A DNA stretch of 64,000 nucleotides from an uncultured Candidatus Saccharibacteria bacterium (GCA_964394435.1 CAYMXN010000003.1:635-64634), one strand, 5' to 3'. Shown: positions 18,437 through 28,638, numbered from the stretch's first letter. A program made the numbers and translations. Notes: generated by a model from the sequence alone, not told the origin.

Positions 18437-18733
18437 ATGGATTTTTGTATTCCATATAGCTTTCTCGTTACGCTCGCCATAATTGGATGGCCTGGTGTTT
18501 TATATGACGCACTATTTGGATCAACCTTAAGTTCTCTTGGTAATACTTTATTAGGAATTGTTGTGAATGTGGCAATTTTTTCAAGCTGCGGGCTACTACT
18601 TGATCATCGGCGAAAGGTTTCTAAAATTCGATTTTGGAAGCGCGCAGCATTTTACTATCCAGCCGCCTTACTCAGTATCGCTCTTCTTGGGTATATAGGT
18701 GGAATTATTGAAGCATATTTTACCTGCTCATAA
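18437..18733 (+). CDS. Small membrane protein
   Basis: Three hydrophobic segments; AT-rich. Confidence 0.55.
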   Translation: MDFCIPYSFLVTLAIIGWPGVLYDALFGSTLSSLGNTLLGIVVNVAIFSSCGLLLDHRRKVSKIRFWKRAAFYYPAALLSIALLGYIGGIIEAYFTCS

Positions 18734-18735
18734 AT

Positions 18736-19398
18736 ATGAAAATTAAGGATCTTCCGAAAGTAGATCAGCCGCGGGAAAAATTGGCTAAATATGGGCCGGA
18801 GAAGTTGAATAACTCCGAGCTTCTGGCGATTTTACTGCGCACGGGTATGAAAGGGACGAACGTTGTCGAACTCGCTCGGCAGATTTTACAGCAGATTGGC
18901 GGGAAGAATCTCGCGAGTGTTACGCTGACAGATTTAAAAAAGATTAAAGGGCTTGGGCCGACGAAGGCCGGGCAGATTATTGTTTCACTCGAACTCGGGA
19001 AGCGGTTTCTGAAAGACAAGAAGTCCGTGCTTCATCTTTCACCTGCGGACGTGTATGAGCAACTCAAAGATATTCGGGATTTAAAGAAAGAGCATTTTGT
19101 CGTGCTCTTTCTTGATTCCCGCAGTCAGGAGATTAAACGAGAGACGGTTTCAGTAGGTATACTTAATGCGAGCCTAGTACATCCACGGGAAGTTTTTGAG
19201 CCAGCCATCAAGTGTAATGCTGCGCAAGTGATTGTTGCGCACAATCATCCGTCGGGGGGCGCGGAGCCGTCAGAAGAGGACATTCAAATTACAAAACGCC
19301 TCGTCGAAGCAGGAAAGTTGCTCGGGATAGAGCTATTAGATCATGTGATTGTGGCGATAAAGGGCTTTACGAGTCTGAAAGTCCAGGGGTTGTTTTAG
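18736..19398 (+). CDS. radC: RadC (JAB domain) protein
   Basis: PREKL, ELLAILLRTG, HPREVF, AHNHPSG..PS.ED, LLDHVI. Confidence 0.93.
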   Translation: MKIKDLPKVDQPREKLAKYGPEKLNNSELLAILLRTGMKGTNVVELARQILQQIGGKNLASVTLTDLKKIKGLGPTKAGQIIVSLELGKRFLKDKKSVLHLSPADVYEQLKDIRDLKKEHFVVLFLDSRSQEIKRETVSVGILNASLVHPREVFEPAIKCNAAQVIVAHNHPSGGAEPSEEDIQITKRLVEAGKLLGIELLDHVIVAIKGFTSLKVQGLF

Positions 19399-19415
19399 GT
19401 ATTCACAGGTACATA

Positions 19416-19454
19416 TTGACGCAATCTTACATGTACGTTATTATGTACATGTAA
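19416..19454 (+). promoter_or_regulatory. TA promoter with palindromic operator
   Basis: TTGACG-N17-TATTAT; TTACATGTAC-N8-GTACATGTAA straddles the -10 (TGTAC(A) cores as in yefM-yoeB operators). Confidence 0.8.
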
Positions 19455-19470
19455 ATAATGATACAAAAAT

Positions 19471-19806
19471 ATGGATAACAACAAAACGATGTCAATCTCG
19501 GAGGGGCGCAAGCGGATTTTTGAAATTTTAGAAGAGGTACAAAAGCCCGGAGTCCACTACACCTTTACCGAAAAAGGAAAATCAAAAGGCGTATTAATGT
19601 CAGCCGAAGAGTTTGATTCACTTCAGGAAACCCTTGAGATATTAAGCGATCCTATGATCGCAAAGAAAATCGAGCTTGCTGAAGCGGAGTATCAGCGCGG
19701 TAACTATGTTACCTGGAGTGAGTTTAAAAAAGAATTGCATGCGAAGGATCGGGCAAATATTGTTGCGGATAAGAGCAGTAAAAAGTATCGAGCCGGTAAA
19801 AAATAA
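19471..19806 (+). CDS. Phd/YefM antitoxin
   Basis: MSISEGRK.., TEKGK..VLMSAEEFDSLQETLEILSDP. Confidence 0.88.
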   Translation: MDNNKTMSISEGRKRIFEILEEVQKPGVHYTFTEKGKSKGVLMSAEEFDSLQETLEILSDPMIAKKIELAEAEYQRGNYVTWSEFKKELHAKDRANIVADKSSKKYRAGKK

Positions 19807-19811
19807 GGTAT

Positions 19812-20063
19812 ATGGCTTTCATCGTCCACGTTCCGGATCCGGTCAGGAAAGATATCCTTCAAGTTCCTTTGCCTTGGCGAAATCGAATTGTGATCGCAAT
19901 CGATCACCTAGAGAGTGATCCGTGGTATGGAGATAAGATGCTGGGGAAGTACAAAGATCAGTATAAAATACGCATCTGGCCATATCGGATCTTGTATCGT
20001 GTAGATAAGAAGAAAAAAGTAGTGGTGATCAACGAAGTCGGTCAACGCGGCGGGATGTATTAG
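19812..20063 (+). CDS. RelE/ParE-family toxin
   Basis: Follows the antitoxin; YKIRIWPYRILY.VD..V..VGQR. Confidence 0.85.
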   Translation: MAFIVHVPDPVRKDILQVPLPWRNRIVIAIDHLESDPWYGDKMLGKYKDQYKIRIWPYRILYRVDKKKKVVVINEVGQRGGMY

Positions 20064-20117
20064 GTTGTCCACTGGTAGGGTATTGACTTTATAGATTATC
20101 AGCAGTAATGTAGTCTC

Positions 20118-20702
20118 ATGTATAAGGAATTACATGAGATCGCCACAGTTATAGCCGGATATACCTTCCGGGGGGCTATTACGCCTGATGCGAATGGGGA
20201 TCTTTATGTATTCCAAGCAAAGGATCTTGTGCGGAATGAGACTGTCCAAGATGTTAATGCTTTAACGAAGATCAGCTCAAATATTCCGGGGTATGCCGGG
20301 CATCTTGAGCGAAACGACGTGTTGCTTGTCGCTCGCGGCATGAAAGCCGGAGCGTTTCGGGCGACAGTTTTTGAAGCCGAAGACAAGAATGTCATCGCGT
20401 CTTCTTCTATCCATGTTATTCGCGTCACAAAGGAAGGCGTTCTCCCTGAGTACGTTTCTCATTATTTAAACTCAAGGCAGGGGCAGGAGGCGCTCGCTGA
20501 GATTGTTACCGGCTCATATATCGGGGCGCTGCCGCGTAAGGCGCTTGAGAAGCTGAAAATTCCTATACCTCATTTCAAAAAACAGCAGATGCTGATAGAT
20601 CTTTATCAAAATATACGAGAACAGCAAAAGATCATCAGTCAGCAAAACGAGATCAAACAGAGGATTGTCAGCGAAACACTTAAAAACCTAACCAACGCCT
20701 AA
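20118..20702 (+). CDS. Half-size type I RM specificity subunit-like protein (one TRD)
   Basis: L.EIA.V..G, PEYV.HYLNS, L.IPIP....Q; leaderless (TTGACT-N17-TAATGT-N6-ATG). Confidence 0.75.
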   Translation: MYKELHEIATVIAGYTFRGAITPDANGDLYVFQAKDLVRNETVQDVNALTKISSNIPGYAGHLERNDVLLVARGMKAGAFRATVFEAEDKNVIASSSIHVIRVTKEGVLPEYVSHYLNSRQGQEALAEIVTGSYIGALPRKALEKLKIPIPHFKKQQMLIDLYQNIREQQKIISQQNEIKQRIVSETLKNLTNA

Positions 20703-20705
20703 CCT

Positions 20706-22220
20706 ATGACTGCTATCAAAAAATATTCACAAGAGGAACTAAACAAAACGCTTTGGGCGGCCGCGGACTCTTCGCGTAGTAGCGTGGATGGGGGAGTGTA
20801 TAAGGACTATGCGCTGACGATGCTCTTCTTTAAGTACTTGAGCGATTTAAATAAAAAGCGACACGCCGAGTACAAGGCGCGGTTTGGTGCTGATGAGAAA
20901 CGTATTGAGGAGAAGATGAAGCTCGACCGGTTCTATCTCCCACCGAAGTCGTCTTTTGATTATATCTACAGCAAGATCGAAGAGGATAATATCGGTGAAG
21001 AAGTGAATAAGGTGCTTCACCGCATTGAAGACGCGAATAAAGAGAAGCTCGAGGGTGTTTTTAGTGTGGACTTCAACTCTGAGTCAGTACTCGGCAAACT
21101 TGAGCAACGGAATAAGATGCTGCGCCACCTGATTCAGGATTTTGCGAAAATCGATTTGTCTGACGCGGGTGAAGATGTAATCGGTGGAGCATATATGTAC
21201 ATGATCGAGCGCTTTGGTGCTGACGCGGGCAAAAAAGCGGGGGAATTTTTTACGGTTAGAAACGTAGCGAAGCTTGTGGCGATGCTGGCTGGGCCGAAAG
21301 AAGGTGATCGTATTTGTGACCCGGCGATGGGATCGGGAGGTTTGCTTTTGCTCGCCGGGGAAGAAGTTGAAAAGCAGGGCTCAAAAAACTACGCGCTCTA
21401 TGGGCAGGAGTCGACGGGTTCAACGTATCAACTTGCGCGGATGAATATGTTTTTGCACGGAAAGGATTCGGCTCGAATTGAGTGGGGAGACACGCTTAAC
21501 AATCCGCTTCTCGTGGAGAACGACCAGCTGATGCACTTCGATGTTGTCGTCGCCAACCCGCCGTTTTCGCTTAAGAAGTGGGGCGCGGAGCACGCTGAGA
21601 GCGATAAGTATAAGCGGTTCTGGCGCGGTGTGCCGCCGAAGGACAAGGGTGATTATGCTTTTGTGACGCACATGATCGAGACGGCGAAGCCGAAAACGGG
21701 GCGTGTGGCGGTGATCGTACCGCACGGCGTGCTTTTCCGCGGCGGTGCCGAGGGAAAGATCCGCGAGCAGCTTTTGAAAGAAAACATTATCGACGCGGTG
21801 ATCGGTCTTCCCGCCGGGCTCTTTCAGACAACGGGTATCCCGGTGGCGGTTTTGATTATTGACCGGTCGCGCGAGAAGGGCGGAGCGAACGAGAAAAAGA
21901 AAGACGTGCTGTTCATTGAGGCGTCAAAAGAGTTTAAGGCGAACAAGGCGCAGAACATTCTGACCGACGAGAACATCGCCAAGATTTTCGACACCTATAA
22001 GAAGCGTAAAGACGTTGAGAAGTTTTCGCGCAAGGTGAGCTTTAAAGAGATCGAGGAGAACGACTTCAACCTCAATATCACGCGCTACGTGGATACCTTT
22101 GTTGAGGAAGCGCCGGTGGATATCAAGGCGAACTTGAAAGAACTAGCTGAGCTCGAGCCGCAACTGCAAAAGCTCGAGAAGCAAATGGTCGAGTATTTAA
22201 AGGAGCTGGGGATTAAATAG
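20706..22220 (+). CDS. hsdM: Type I RM methyltransferase subunit
   Basis: LWAAAD, GEFFT, DPAMGSGG, YGQE, ANPPF, PHGVLFRG, FNLNITRY. Confidence 0.95.
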   Translation: MTAIKKYSQEELNKTLWAAADSSRSSVDGGVYKDYALTMLFFKYLSDLNKKRHAEYKARFGADEKRIEEKMKLDRFYLPPKSSFDYIYSKIEEDNIGEEVNKVLHRIEDANKEKLEGVFSVDFNSESVLGKLEQRNKMLRHLIQDFAKIDLSDAGEDVIGGAYMYMIERFGADAGKKAGEFFTVRNVAKLVAMLAGPKEGDRICDPAMGSGGLLLLAGEEVEKQGSKNYALYGQESTGSTYQLARMNMFLHGKDSARIEWGDTLNNPLLVENDQLMHFDVVVANPPFSLKKWGAEHAESDKYKRFWRGVPPKDKGDYAFVTHMIETAKPKTGRVAVIVPHGVLFRGGAEGKIREQLLKENIIDAVIGLPAGLFQTTGIPVAVLIIDRSREKGGANEKKKDVLFIEASKEFKANKAQNILTDENIAKIFDTYKKRKDVEKFSRKVSFKEIEENDFNLNITRYVDTFVEEAPVDIKANLKELAELEPQLQKLEKQMVEYLKELGIK

Positions 22221-22223
22221 TCT

Positions 22224-23285
22224 ATGAAAGTGCTTGCCACTAGGTCGACATCTAATGAGACGATGGACATATCGGTCGTCGTTCTCAGAGAAAATAGCAA
22301 AACGCGGCTCGTTTTCTGTCCGAGTTGGGTTACTCCGTCAAGTAACCCATTGCGCGGAGGCTTTCGTTTTCAGCGGAAAGGACCAAAAGATCTTTGGGTT
22401 AATGTTGACCATAAGCCGCTTTCGACCCTTAAAAAAGATGAGGGTTATGAGCTCAATCTTGATGGAGCGGAAATGGCGAAGTTATTTGATGAACTCGGAG
22501 ACATCAGGGAGGTGCTTGCAAAGTATGGGCATTCCTCTGGCACAAGGACTTTAATTTTAAGTGAGAAAAATGCTGGTGGTATTTTTCTTCAGATCGGTGA
22601 GCTGGAAAATCGCGATTGGGTTATTAAACAACTTAAAACGCTGGAAAATGAAAATTTTGAAAACCTTGGATCGGCAATTGGCCGGGCGAGACTAGAGGCA
22701 GCGATTGAGAAGTTTGGAAAGAATTTGGCGAATACAGATGAGAAATTCTGGGAGGATTTTTTCGAAAGTAGTCCATGGATACTTCAGCAGGTCTTCGCAT
22801 TTCCTGTTATATATCTCAATGGCGAGACATATCTCGGCGGTAAAAATTCAAAAGGGCGTCAAGGTTCGGGTGGTTCAGCAACTGATTTCCTTTTTAAGCA
22901 TGGTTCGAATGGCAGTTTTGCCGTCGTCGAAATTAAAACACCTGGCTGTGGCCTCGTCGGCGGGAAGTATCGAGGCGACAAAGATTCTGACGAAAAGAAT
23001 GAACTTTACGGTATTCATGGCGAATTGAGTGGGGGCGTGGTGCAGATGGAGAACCAGATTAATATTGCGATAGAGCATTTTAAGACGACGATCGGAGAGG
23101 ACTATGAAGGCTTGAATCATTTAAACCCAGCAGGTGTTTTAATCGCCGGGGATTATTCTAAATTGAAGCCGGCAGAACGAAAGTCTTTTGATTTATTCCG
23201 GAAGTCGTTAGGTAAAAATCAAATTTATACTTTCGACGAAGTGCTTGCTAAGTTGAAGCTCTTAAAAGTTGTCTATGAAAGCTAA
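22224..23285 (+). CDS. sduA: Shedu-like anti-phage nuclease (DUF4263)
   Basis: E..W..FF...PWIL, E.YLGG, DFL, VVEIKTP, ELSG.V.Q, F..FR..L, TFDEV; about 150 aa N-terminal extension. Confidence 0.8.
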   Translation: MKVLATRSTSNETMDISVVVLRENSKTRLVFCPSWVTPSSNPLRGGFRFQRKGPKDLWVNVDHKPLSTLKKDEGYELNLDGAEMAKLFDELGDIREVLAKYGHSSGTRTLILSEKNAGGIFLQIGELENRDWVIKQLKTLENENFENLGSAIGRARLEAAIEKFGKNLANTDEKFWEDFFESSPWILQQVFAFPVIYLNGETYLGGKNSKGRQGSGGSATDFLFKHGSNGSFAVVEIKTPGCGLVGGKYRGDKDSDEKNELYGIHGELSGGVVQMENQINIAIEHFKTTIGEDYEGLNHLNPAGVLIAGDYSKLKPAERKSFDLFRKSLGKNQIYTFDEVLAKLKLLKVVYES

Positions 23286-24528
23286 CTCAGCTCAAAAAAA
23301 TATTCCTGATGGGTGGAGAAGCGTTCGAATAAGGGATGTGGCTTTCTTGAACAAAAAAAGCCTTGGTAACGAAACCCCAGAAAATTTTAAGTTTAAATAT
23401 ATTGACCTATCGTCTGTTGATAATGGTGTAATTAAATTGCCGTTGGAATATGTCCGGTATGGAGAGTCGCCATCACGAGCGAGGAGAGTATTCAAAAAAG
23501 GCGATATATTAATGGCAACTGTAAGGCCAAATCTGCTCGGGCACTGCATAGTTAATTTTGATGCACATGAATACATTGGCTCCACTGGTTTTGCGGTAAT
23601 CGAAAATAAAAAAGATCAGTTGAATAACTATTTTCTATTCTCTTATTTGTTTTCAAAAAAATTACGGGATCATTTGAATAACATGCTAGTTGGGTCGAGC
23701 TACCCAGCCATTAATTCATTAGAAGTCGCGAATCTCAAAGTTGATCTTCCTCCTCTTCCCGAGCAGAACCGCATCGTGGCGGTGCTGGAGACTTGGGATA
23801 GGGCTATCGAGAAGCTGGCTCGGAAAATTGAGGTTAAAAAGAATATTAAAATGGGCTTGATGCAGGAGCTCCTTACCGGCAAAACCCGTCTACCGGGATT
23901 TAAGGGAGTGTGGGAGAAGGTTGAGCTAGAAAAAGTTATGCTAAGTTTTACTACAGGCTTAAATCCAAGAGATAATTTCTTGCTCGGAACAGGAAACAAT
24001 TTTTATGTAACGATAAAAAATATCTCACAAGGTCGGTTAGATTTCTCGAGTTGCGAACGCATCGATGATCGTGCGTTAGGGCTCATTAACAAAAGATCAG
24101 GCCTAAACGTGGGCGATATTATAATGGCTAGCATTGGCAATGTAGGTGATGCTTTTCTCGTAGGGGATAAACCAAAGAATTGGGATATAAACGAGTCAGT
24201 TTTTTGCTTAAAGCCAAATCCCAAAATTGTCTACTCTCAATTCGTATATTACATCATCACAAGCCAGGCGGCTCAAAAGTATTTCAGCAATAATATCACC
24301 GGGAGCTCCTTTAGGAGTATTAAAATGAAAGAGCTCAGGGCTATGCCCATTAATTTAATACCCTTAGATGAACAAAGGAAGATTGTTGATATTTTACTAA
24401 CTATAGATCGCGAGCTGAGCATTCTAGAGAGAAAATTGGGGAATTTCCAGGACCAGAAAAAGTATCTACTCAATAACTTGATCACCGGCGCGATTCGAAC
24501 GCCGGAGAAGATGAAAATTCACTCATAA
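23275..24528 (+). CDS. hsdS: Type I RM specificity subunit
   Basis: IPDGW, two TRDs, PPLPEQ.RI, GLMQELLTG, PLDEQRKI. Confidence 0.93.
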   Translation: MKANSAQKNIPDGWRSVRIRDVAFLNKKSLGNETPENFKFKYIDLSSVDNGVIKLPLEYVRYGESPSRARRVFKKGDILMATVRPNLLGHCIVNFDAHEYIGSTGFAVIENKKDQLNNYFLFSYLFSKKLRDHLNNMLVGSSYPAINSLEVANLKVDLPPLPEQNRIVAVLETWDRAIEKLARKIEVKKNIKMGLMQELLTGKTRLPGFKGVWEKVELEKVMLSFTTGLNPRDNFLLGTGNNFYVTIKNISQGRLDFSSCERIDDRALGLINKRSGLNVGDIIMASIGNVGDAFLVGDKPKNWDINESVFCLKPNPKIVYSQFVYYIITSQAAQKYFSNNITGSSFRSIKMKELRAMPINLIPLDEQRKIVDILLTIDRELSILERKLGNFQDQKKYLLNNLITGAIRTPEKMKIHS

Positions 24529-24532
24529 TCAT

Positions 24533-27500
24533 ATGCTCGAAAAAGTAAATTTTGATGAAGCGAAGCAGTCACAACTCCCAGCGCTAGAGCTTCTTTTGGC
24601 TATGGGATACAAGTACATCTCAGCCGAAGAGGCGTTGCGCCAGCGGGGCGGGGATACCTCGAACTTCATCTTAACTGATATTGCGGCCGAAAAGCTGATG
24701 GAGATTAATGGCTATGAGGTTGATGGCGCTAATCACAAGTTTAGCGGGAAAGACGTTCGCGACGCGATTGATGAACTTGAGCATCTGCCATATGAAGGCC
24801 TCATCGACACCGCGCAAGAGGTTTATAACATTGTGATGCCGACCAGTGGTGGTAAGACGATTAAAGTAAGCCACGCGGGCAAGACGATGTCGCAGAATTT
24901 CCGCTTTATTGATTTTAAGAATCCAGAAAATAACGCGTTTCATGTAACCGCGGAGTTTGTGGTGAGCGGCAAGCAAAACATCCGGCCGGATATCGTTTGC
25001 TTTGTAAACGGCATCCCGTTTGCGGTGATCGAGAATAAGAAGGGCAGCGTCGGCGTTGTTGAGGCGATCAACCAGATGAATCGCAATCAAGGACCAGAGT
25101 TTTGCCCGAAGTTTTTTGCGTATACTCAGCTTTTGGTCGCGACGAACGGGAAGGAGTTACAATATGGCACCACAGGCACACCGAATAAGTTTTATGCGGT
25201 TTGGAAAGAAAAGGGGGCAGAGAAAGAGATTGAGGCGAAGGCGGTGAAGCTGATTAAAAAGCCGGTGAGCGCTTTAACGTATGCGCAGGTTTTGGCTGAT
25301 TTAAACGGATATACTGATGGCCACAAGCAAAAGCTGGACCGATTACCGACAGAACAGGATCGGGGAATTGTTGCGCTTTTTGAGCCAGCGCGACTTTTAG
25401 ACCTTACGAAGAATTATGTTTTGTTTGATGCGGGAGTAAAGAAGCTCTCGCGGTATCAGCAGTATTTTGCGATCGAGAAGATGTTGACTCGGGTGGCAGA
25501 GATTGAGCAGGGACCAAAAGGTGAGCGCCGACGCGGTGGTTTGATTTGGCACACGCAAGGCTCGGGAAAGTCCTTAACAATGGTCATGTTCGTGAAGGCG
25601 TTGATCGAGAATCCGCATATTAGCAATCCACGAGTGATTATCGTGACCGATCGAAAAGACCTCGATCGCCAGATTAGGGACACGTTCAAGAACTGTAATT
25701 TAAAGAAAGAAGTTATCCAGGCGAATACCGGTCAGCAGTTAGTTAATCTAATCAAGGAGAGAAATCTTTCAGTAGTGACTACCACGGTCCACAAGTTTGA
25801 ACCAGGGAGGAAAAAGAATGCTGGTTTTGTTGATACTGATAAAAACATCTTTGTTCTAGTTGACGAAGCGCATCGCACTCAAAATGGTGTTGCGAATTTA
25901 GAGATGAATCAACTTATCCCGAACGCCTGCTATATCGGCTTTACGGGTACGCCCCTAATGACTGGCGAAAAAGAAAGCTGGAAAAAGTTCGGTGGCTATA
26001 TCGATAGATATACTATTGATGATGCGCTTACTGATAAAATAATTTTGCCGCTTATTTACGAAGGACGGTATGCCCCCCAAGGGCAGAATGCAGAGCAGAT
26101 CGACCGGCAAGTTGACCGCGTATCTGAAAATTTAAGTAGAAAATATAAAGTTGAGCTTCAAAAGTTTGTTAGTACGGAGATTATCAGAGATAATCCTCAG
26201 CGCATTACTGAGATTTCGTATGACATCGAGAAGCATTTTCTCACACACTTTAAAGATACCGGCTTAAAGGCGCAGATTGTTGCTCCGTCTAAGTATTCGG
26301 CGATTCTATTTCAGAATCTGTTTGAGTCGCGTGGTAAGATTCGCACCGCGGTGATTATTTCTGACGAGCATGAGGACGGCGATGAGTCGAACACGCACCG
26401 AAAGGAGGTGGTGAAGTATTTAGATGGTATTCGGGCGAAATACAGCAGCGTCGGCAAGTATGAGAAGGATATGGTTGAGAGCTTTAAGAATTATGAGGAG
26501 GGTATCGAGGTGATTATCGTCGTTGATAAGCTTTTAACCGGATTTGATGCGCCTCGCAATACGGTTTTGTATTTAGCAAAAGATCTTAAGGATCATAACT
26601 TGCTGCAGGCGATTGCGCGCGTAAATCGTTTGCACGAGAACAAGAAGCTCCCAAAAACGGCAGGCTATATTATCGACTACTCAGAAAACGCTAAGAACAT
26701 TGATACGGCAATGAGGCTGTTTGGTAACTACGATGAGAACGATGTGAAGGGGACGCTGATCGACGTGAGCGAGAAGATTCAAGAGCTTGAGCAGAGCTAC
26801 GCCTTAGTGCACGACTTGTTTAATGAAGCGAAGGGATCGTCTGATGATGAGGTATATTTGCAGTTACTTAAGGATGAGCCGAAGCGCGAGACGTTCTATA
26901 AGGCGCTCAATGCGTTTATTAAGAACTTCAACGAGTGTTTTGTGTTGCAAGACTTCGTGCACGAGTTTGGCGGGAAGCTGAATGTGTATCGTAAAGAGCT
27001 GAAGAAGTTTATGGAGCTTCGTAAGACAGCGAGTTTGCAATATGCGGATCGTATCGATCTTTCTGAATATAAGCAGGCGCTCATTAACATCCTCGACAAA
27101 TATGTTGATGCGGGTGAAGTTGAGTTACTGACTAAGCAAATTAATATCACTGATCGCAAACAATTTGAGGAGGCGGTTGCTACGCTCGGTTCTGACAAGT
27201 CGAAGGCTGAAGCGATTGCAGCTCAGACGCAAAAGACGATTCATGAAAGGCTTGAGTCTGACCCTGAGTTCTATGAGCGATTTTCGAAGAAGATTTCTGA
27301 GATCCTAGAGAAGATGAGGCAGGGGAAGCTTGCTGATATCGCGGCGCTTAAGCAACTGAAGCTTATCGAAGACGATGTGATTCAGAAAAAAGACGTGGCG
27401 CTGCCAGGGGCGATTATCGCGCAGCCGGGATCCGATATCTTATATCGTAATCTTCAAGAGGTATTTAAGAATCACAAAGTGAGCGAAGATGATTTTATCG

Positions 27501-27721
27501 CCATCGTTGTTGATATCTTTGCGCTCGTAAAAAAAGAAGCGATTGTTGATTGGTATAAGAATATCGATGTGAAGCGACGGATGAAAAACGTCATTGACGA
27601 CTATGTGTATGACGTTATTAGGGGTGAGCGAGGTATAGAGATTACGGATGATGAGACGGTTAAGATTATAGAACGAGTAATGCAATTAGCTGAGAACAAC
27701 TATGAAATCTTCGGAGCGTAA
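24533..27721 (+). CDS. hsdR: Type I RM restriction subunit
   Basis: RPDIV.FVNGIP..IENK, WHTQGSGKS, DEAHR, FTGTP, LLTGFDAP, QAIARVNR. Confidence 0.95.
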   Translation: MLEKVNFDEAKQSQLPALELLLAMGYKYISAEEALRQRGGDTSNFILTDIAAEKLMEINGYEVDGANHKFSGKDVRDAIDELEHLPYEGLIDTAQEVYNIVMPTSGGKTIKVSHAGKTMSQNFRFIDFKNPENNAFHVTAEFVVSGKQNIRPDIVCFVNGIPFAVIENKKGSVGVVEAINQMNRNQGPEFCPKFFAYTQLLVATNGKELQYGTTGTPNKFYAVWKEKGAEKEIEAKAVKLIKKPVSALTYAQVLADLNGYTDGHKQKLDRLPTEQDRGIVALFEPARLLDLTKNYVLFDAGVKKLSRYQQYFAIEKMLTRVAEIEQGPKGERRRGGLIWHTQGSGKSLTMVMFVKALIENPHISNPRVIIVTDRKDLDRQIRDTFKNCNLKKEVIQANTGQQLVNLIKERNLSVVTTTVHKFEPGRKKNAGFVDTDKNIFVLVDEAHRTQNGVANLEMNQLIPNACYIGFTGTPLMTGEKESWKKFGGYIDRYTIDDALTDKIILPLIYEGRYAPQGQNAEQIDRQVDRVSENLSRKYKVELQKFVSTEIIRDNPQRITEISYDIEKHFLTHFKDTGLKAQIVAPSKYSAILFQNLFESRGKIRTAVIISDEHEDGDESNTHRKEVVKYLDGIRAKYSSVGKYEKDMVESFKNYEEGIEVIIVVDKLLTGFDAPRNTVLYLAKDLKDHNLLQAIARVNRLHENKKLPKTAGYIIDYSENAKNIDTAMRLFGNYDENDVKGTLIDVSEKIQELEQSYALVHDLFNEAKGSSDDEVYLQLLKDEPKRETFYKALNAFIKNFNECFVLQDFVHEFGGKLNVYRKELKKFMELRKTASLQYADRIDLSEYKQALINILDKYVDAGEVELLTKQINITDRKQFEEAVATLGSDKSKAEAIAAQTQKTIHERLESDPEFYERFSKKISEILEKMRQGKLADIAALKQLKLIEDDVIQKKDVALPGAIIAQPGSDILYRNLQEVFKNHKVSEDDFIAIVVDIFALVKKEAIVDWYKNIDVKRRMKNVIDDYVYDVIRGERGIEITDDETVKIIERVMQLAENNYEIFGA

Positions 27722-28421
27722 GCCAGCGAAGTTTACATTTGGCTCTTTTGTGTATCATTACGATCTGGTTCGAGAGGAGCGTAAGACGCTCGGCCTAACC
27801 GTGATGCCCAATTTGAGTATTTACTTAAAATCTCCGCATGAAGCTAGCGCGGAGCGAATCGATTTATTTTTGAAGCGGAAGTGGTTTTGGCTCGAGAAGC
27901 AACTCAACTTCTTCAGAAAGCATCAACGAAAGATGTATACAAAGGAGTACATTTCTGGTGAGAGTTTTCTATACCTCGGGAGGCAGTATGAGCTTTTGGT
28001 TCGATCAGCCGTAAAGCCCAAAGTCGTGCTATCGAAAAAGAGTCTGGCACTTTATACAGATAGAGGTTTATCTGATGGCGCGAGAAACAAGAGGATTCTC
28101 GACGCCTGGTATGCAAAAAGGATCGGCGTAGTTTTTGCTGAGCGGCTTGCTCACGCCGTGAAGAAGTTTGGTTACCAGGCCGTACCTGAATTGATTATTC
28201 GCGAGATGCCTCGTCGATGGGGGAGTTTTCTGAGTACGGAGAAAATCATCTTGAATCCACGTCTTATTTTTACCTCAAAAGAGTGCATTGATTACGTCAT
28301 CACCCACGAGCTCTGTCACTGGAAGTTTAAAAATCATAATAGGAAGTTTTTCGCTTTGCTTGAGAAGCAATATCCGAAATGGAAAAAGGTCAAAGAAAAG
28401 TTAGAGATGTATGGGATATAA
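27702..28421 (+). CDS. YgjP/DUF45 metallopeptidase-like protein (RM-associated)
   Basis: GESFLYLG, RWGS, DYVITHELCH, NH...F. Confidence 0.88.
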   Translation: MKSSERKPAKFTFGSFVYHYDLVREERKTLGLTVMPNLSIYLKSPHEASAERIDLFLKRKWFWLEKQLNFFRKHQRKMYTKEYISGESFLYLGRQYELLVRSAVKPKVVLSKKSLALYTDRGLSDGARNKRILDAWYAKRIGVVFAERLAHAVKKFGYQAVPELIIREMPRRWGSFLSTEKIILNPRLIFTSKECIDYVITHELCHWKFKNHNRKFFALLEKQYPKWKKVKEKLEMYGI

Positions 28422-28638
28422 ACATTATCGGAGGAAGAATCGAGAGAATGATCTGAAGAAATGGATTCCCGCTATGGTTATTTTCGCGATCGTCTTCGTA
28501 GGAGTTTTTATATATAGATTTTTTTCAAATTGCATTTTTGAATGGCCGATTCGTTGGGATGTTAAGACTTGTTGGAATGAGCAAATTGCTCCGGCAAAAC
28601 AAAAAGCCGCAGAGCAAGCAGCTGATTTTGCGCCATGA
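28411..28638 (+). CDS. Small membrane protein
   Basis: Single TM; overlaps the upstream stop. Confidence 0.55.
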   Translation: MGYKHYRRKNRENDLKKWIPAMVIFAIVFVGVFIYRFFSNCIFEWPIRWDVKTCWNEQIAPAKQKAAEQAADFAP

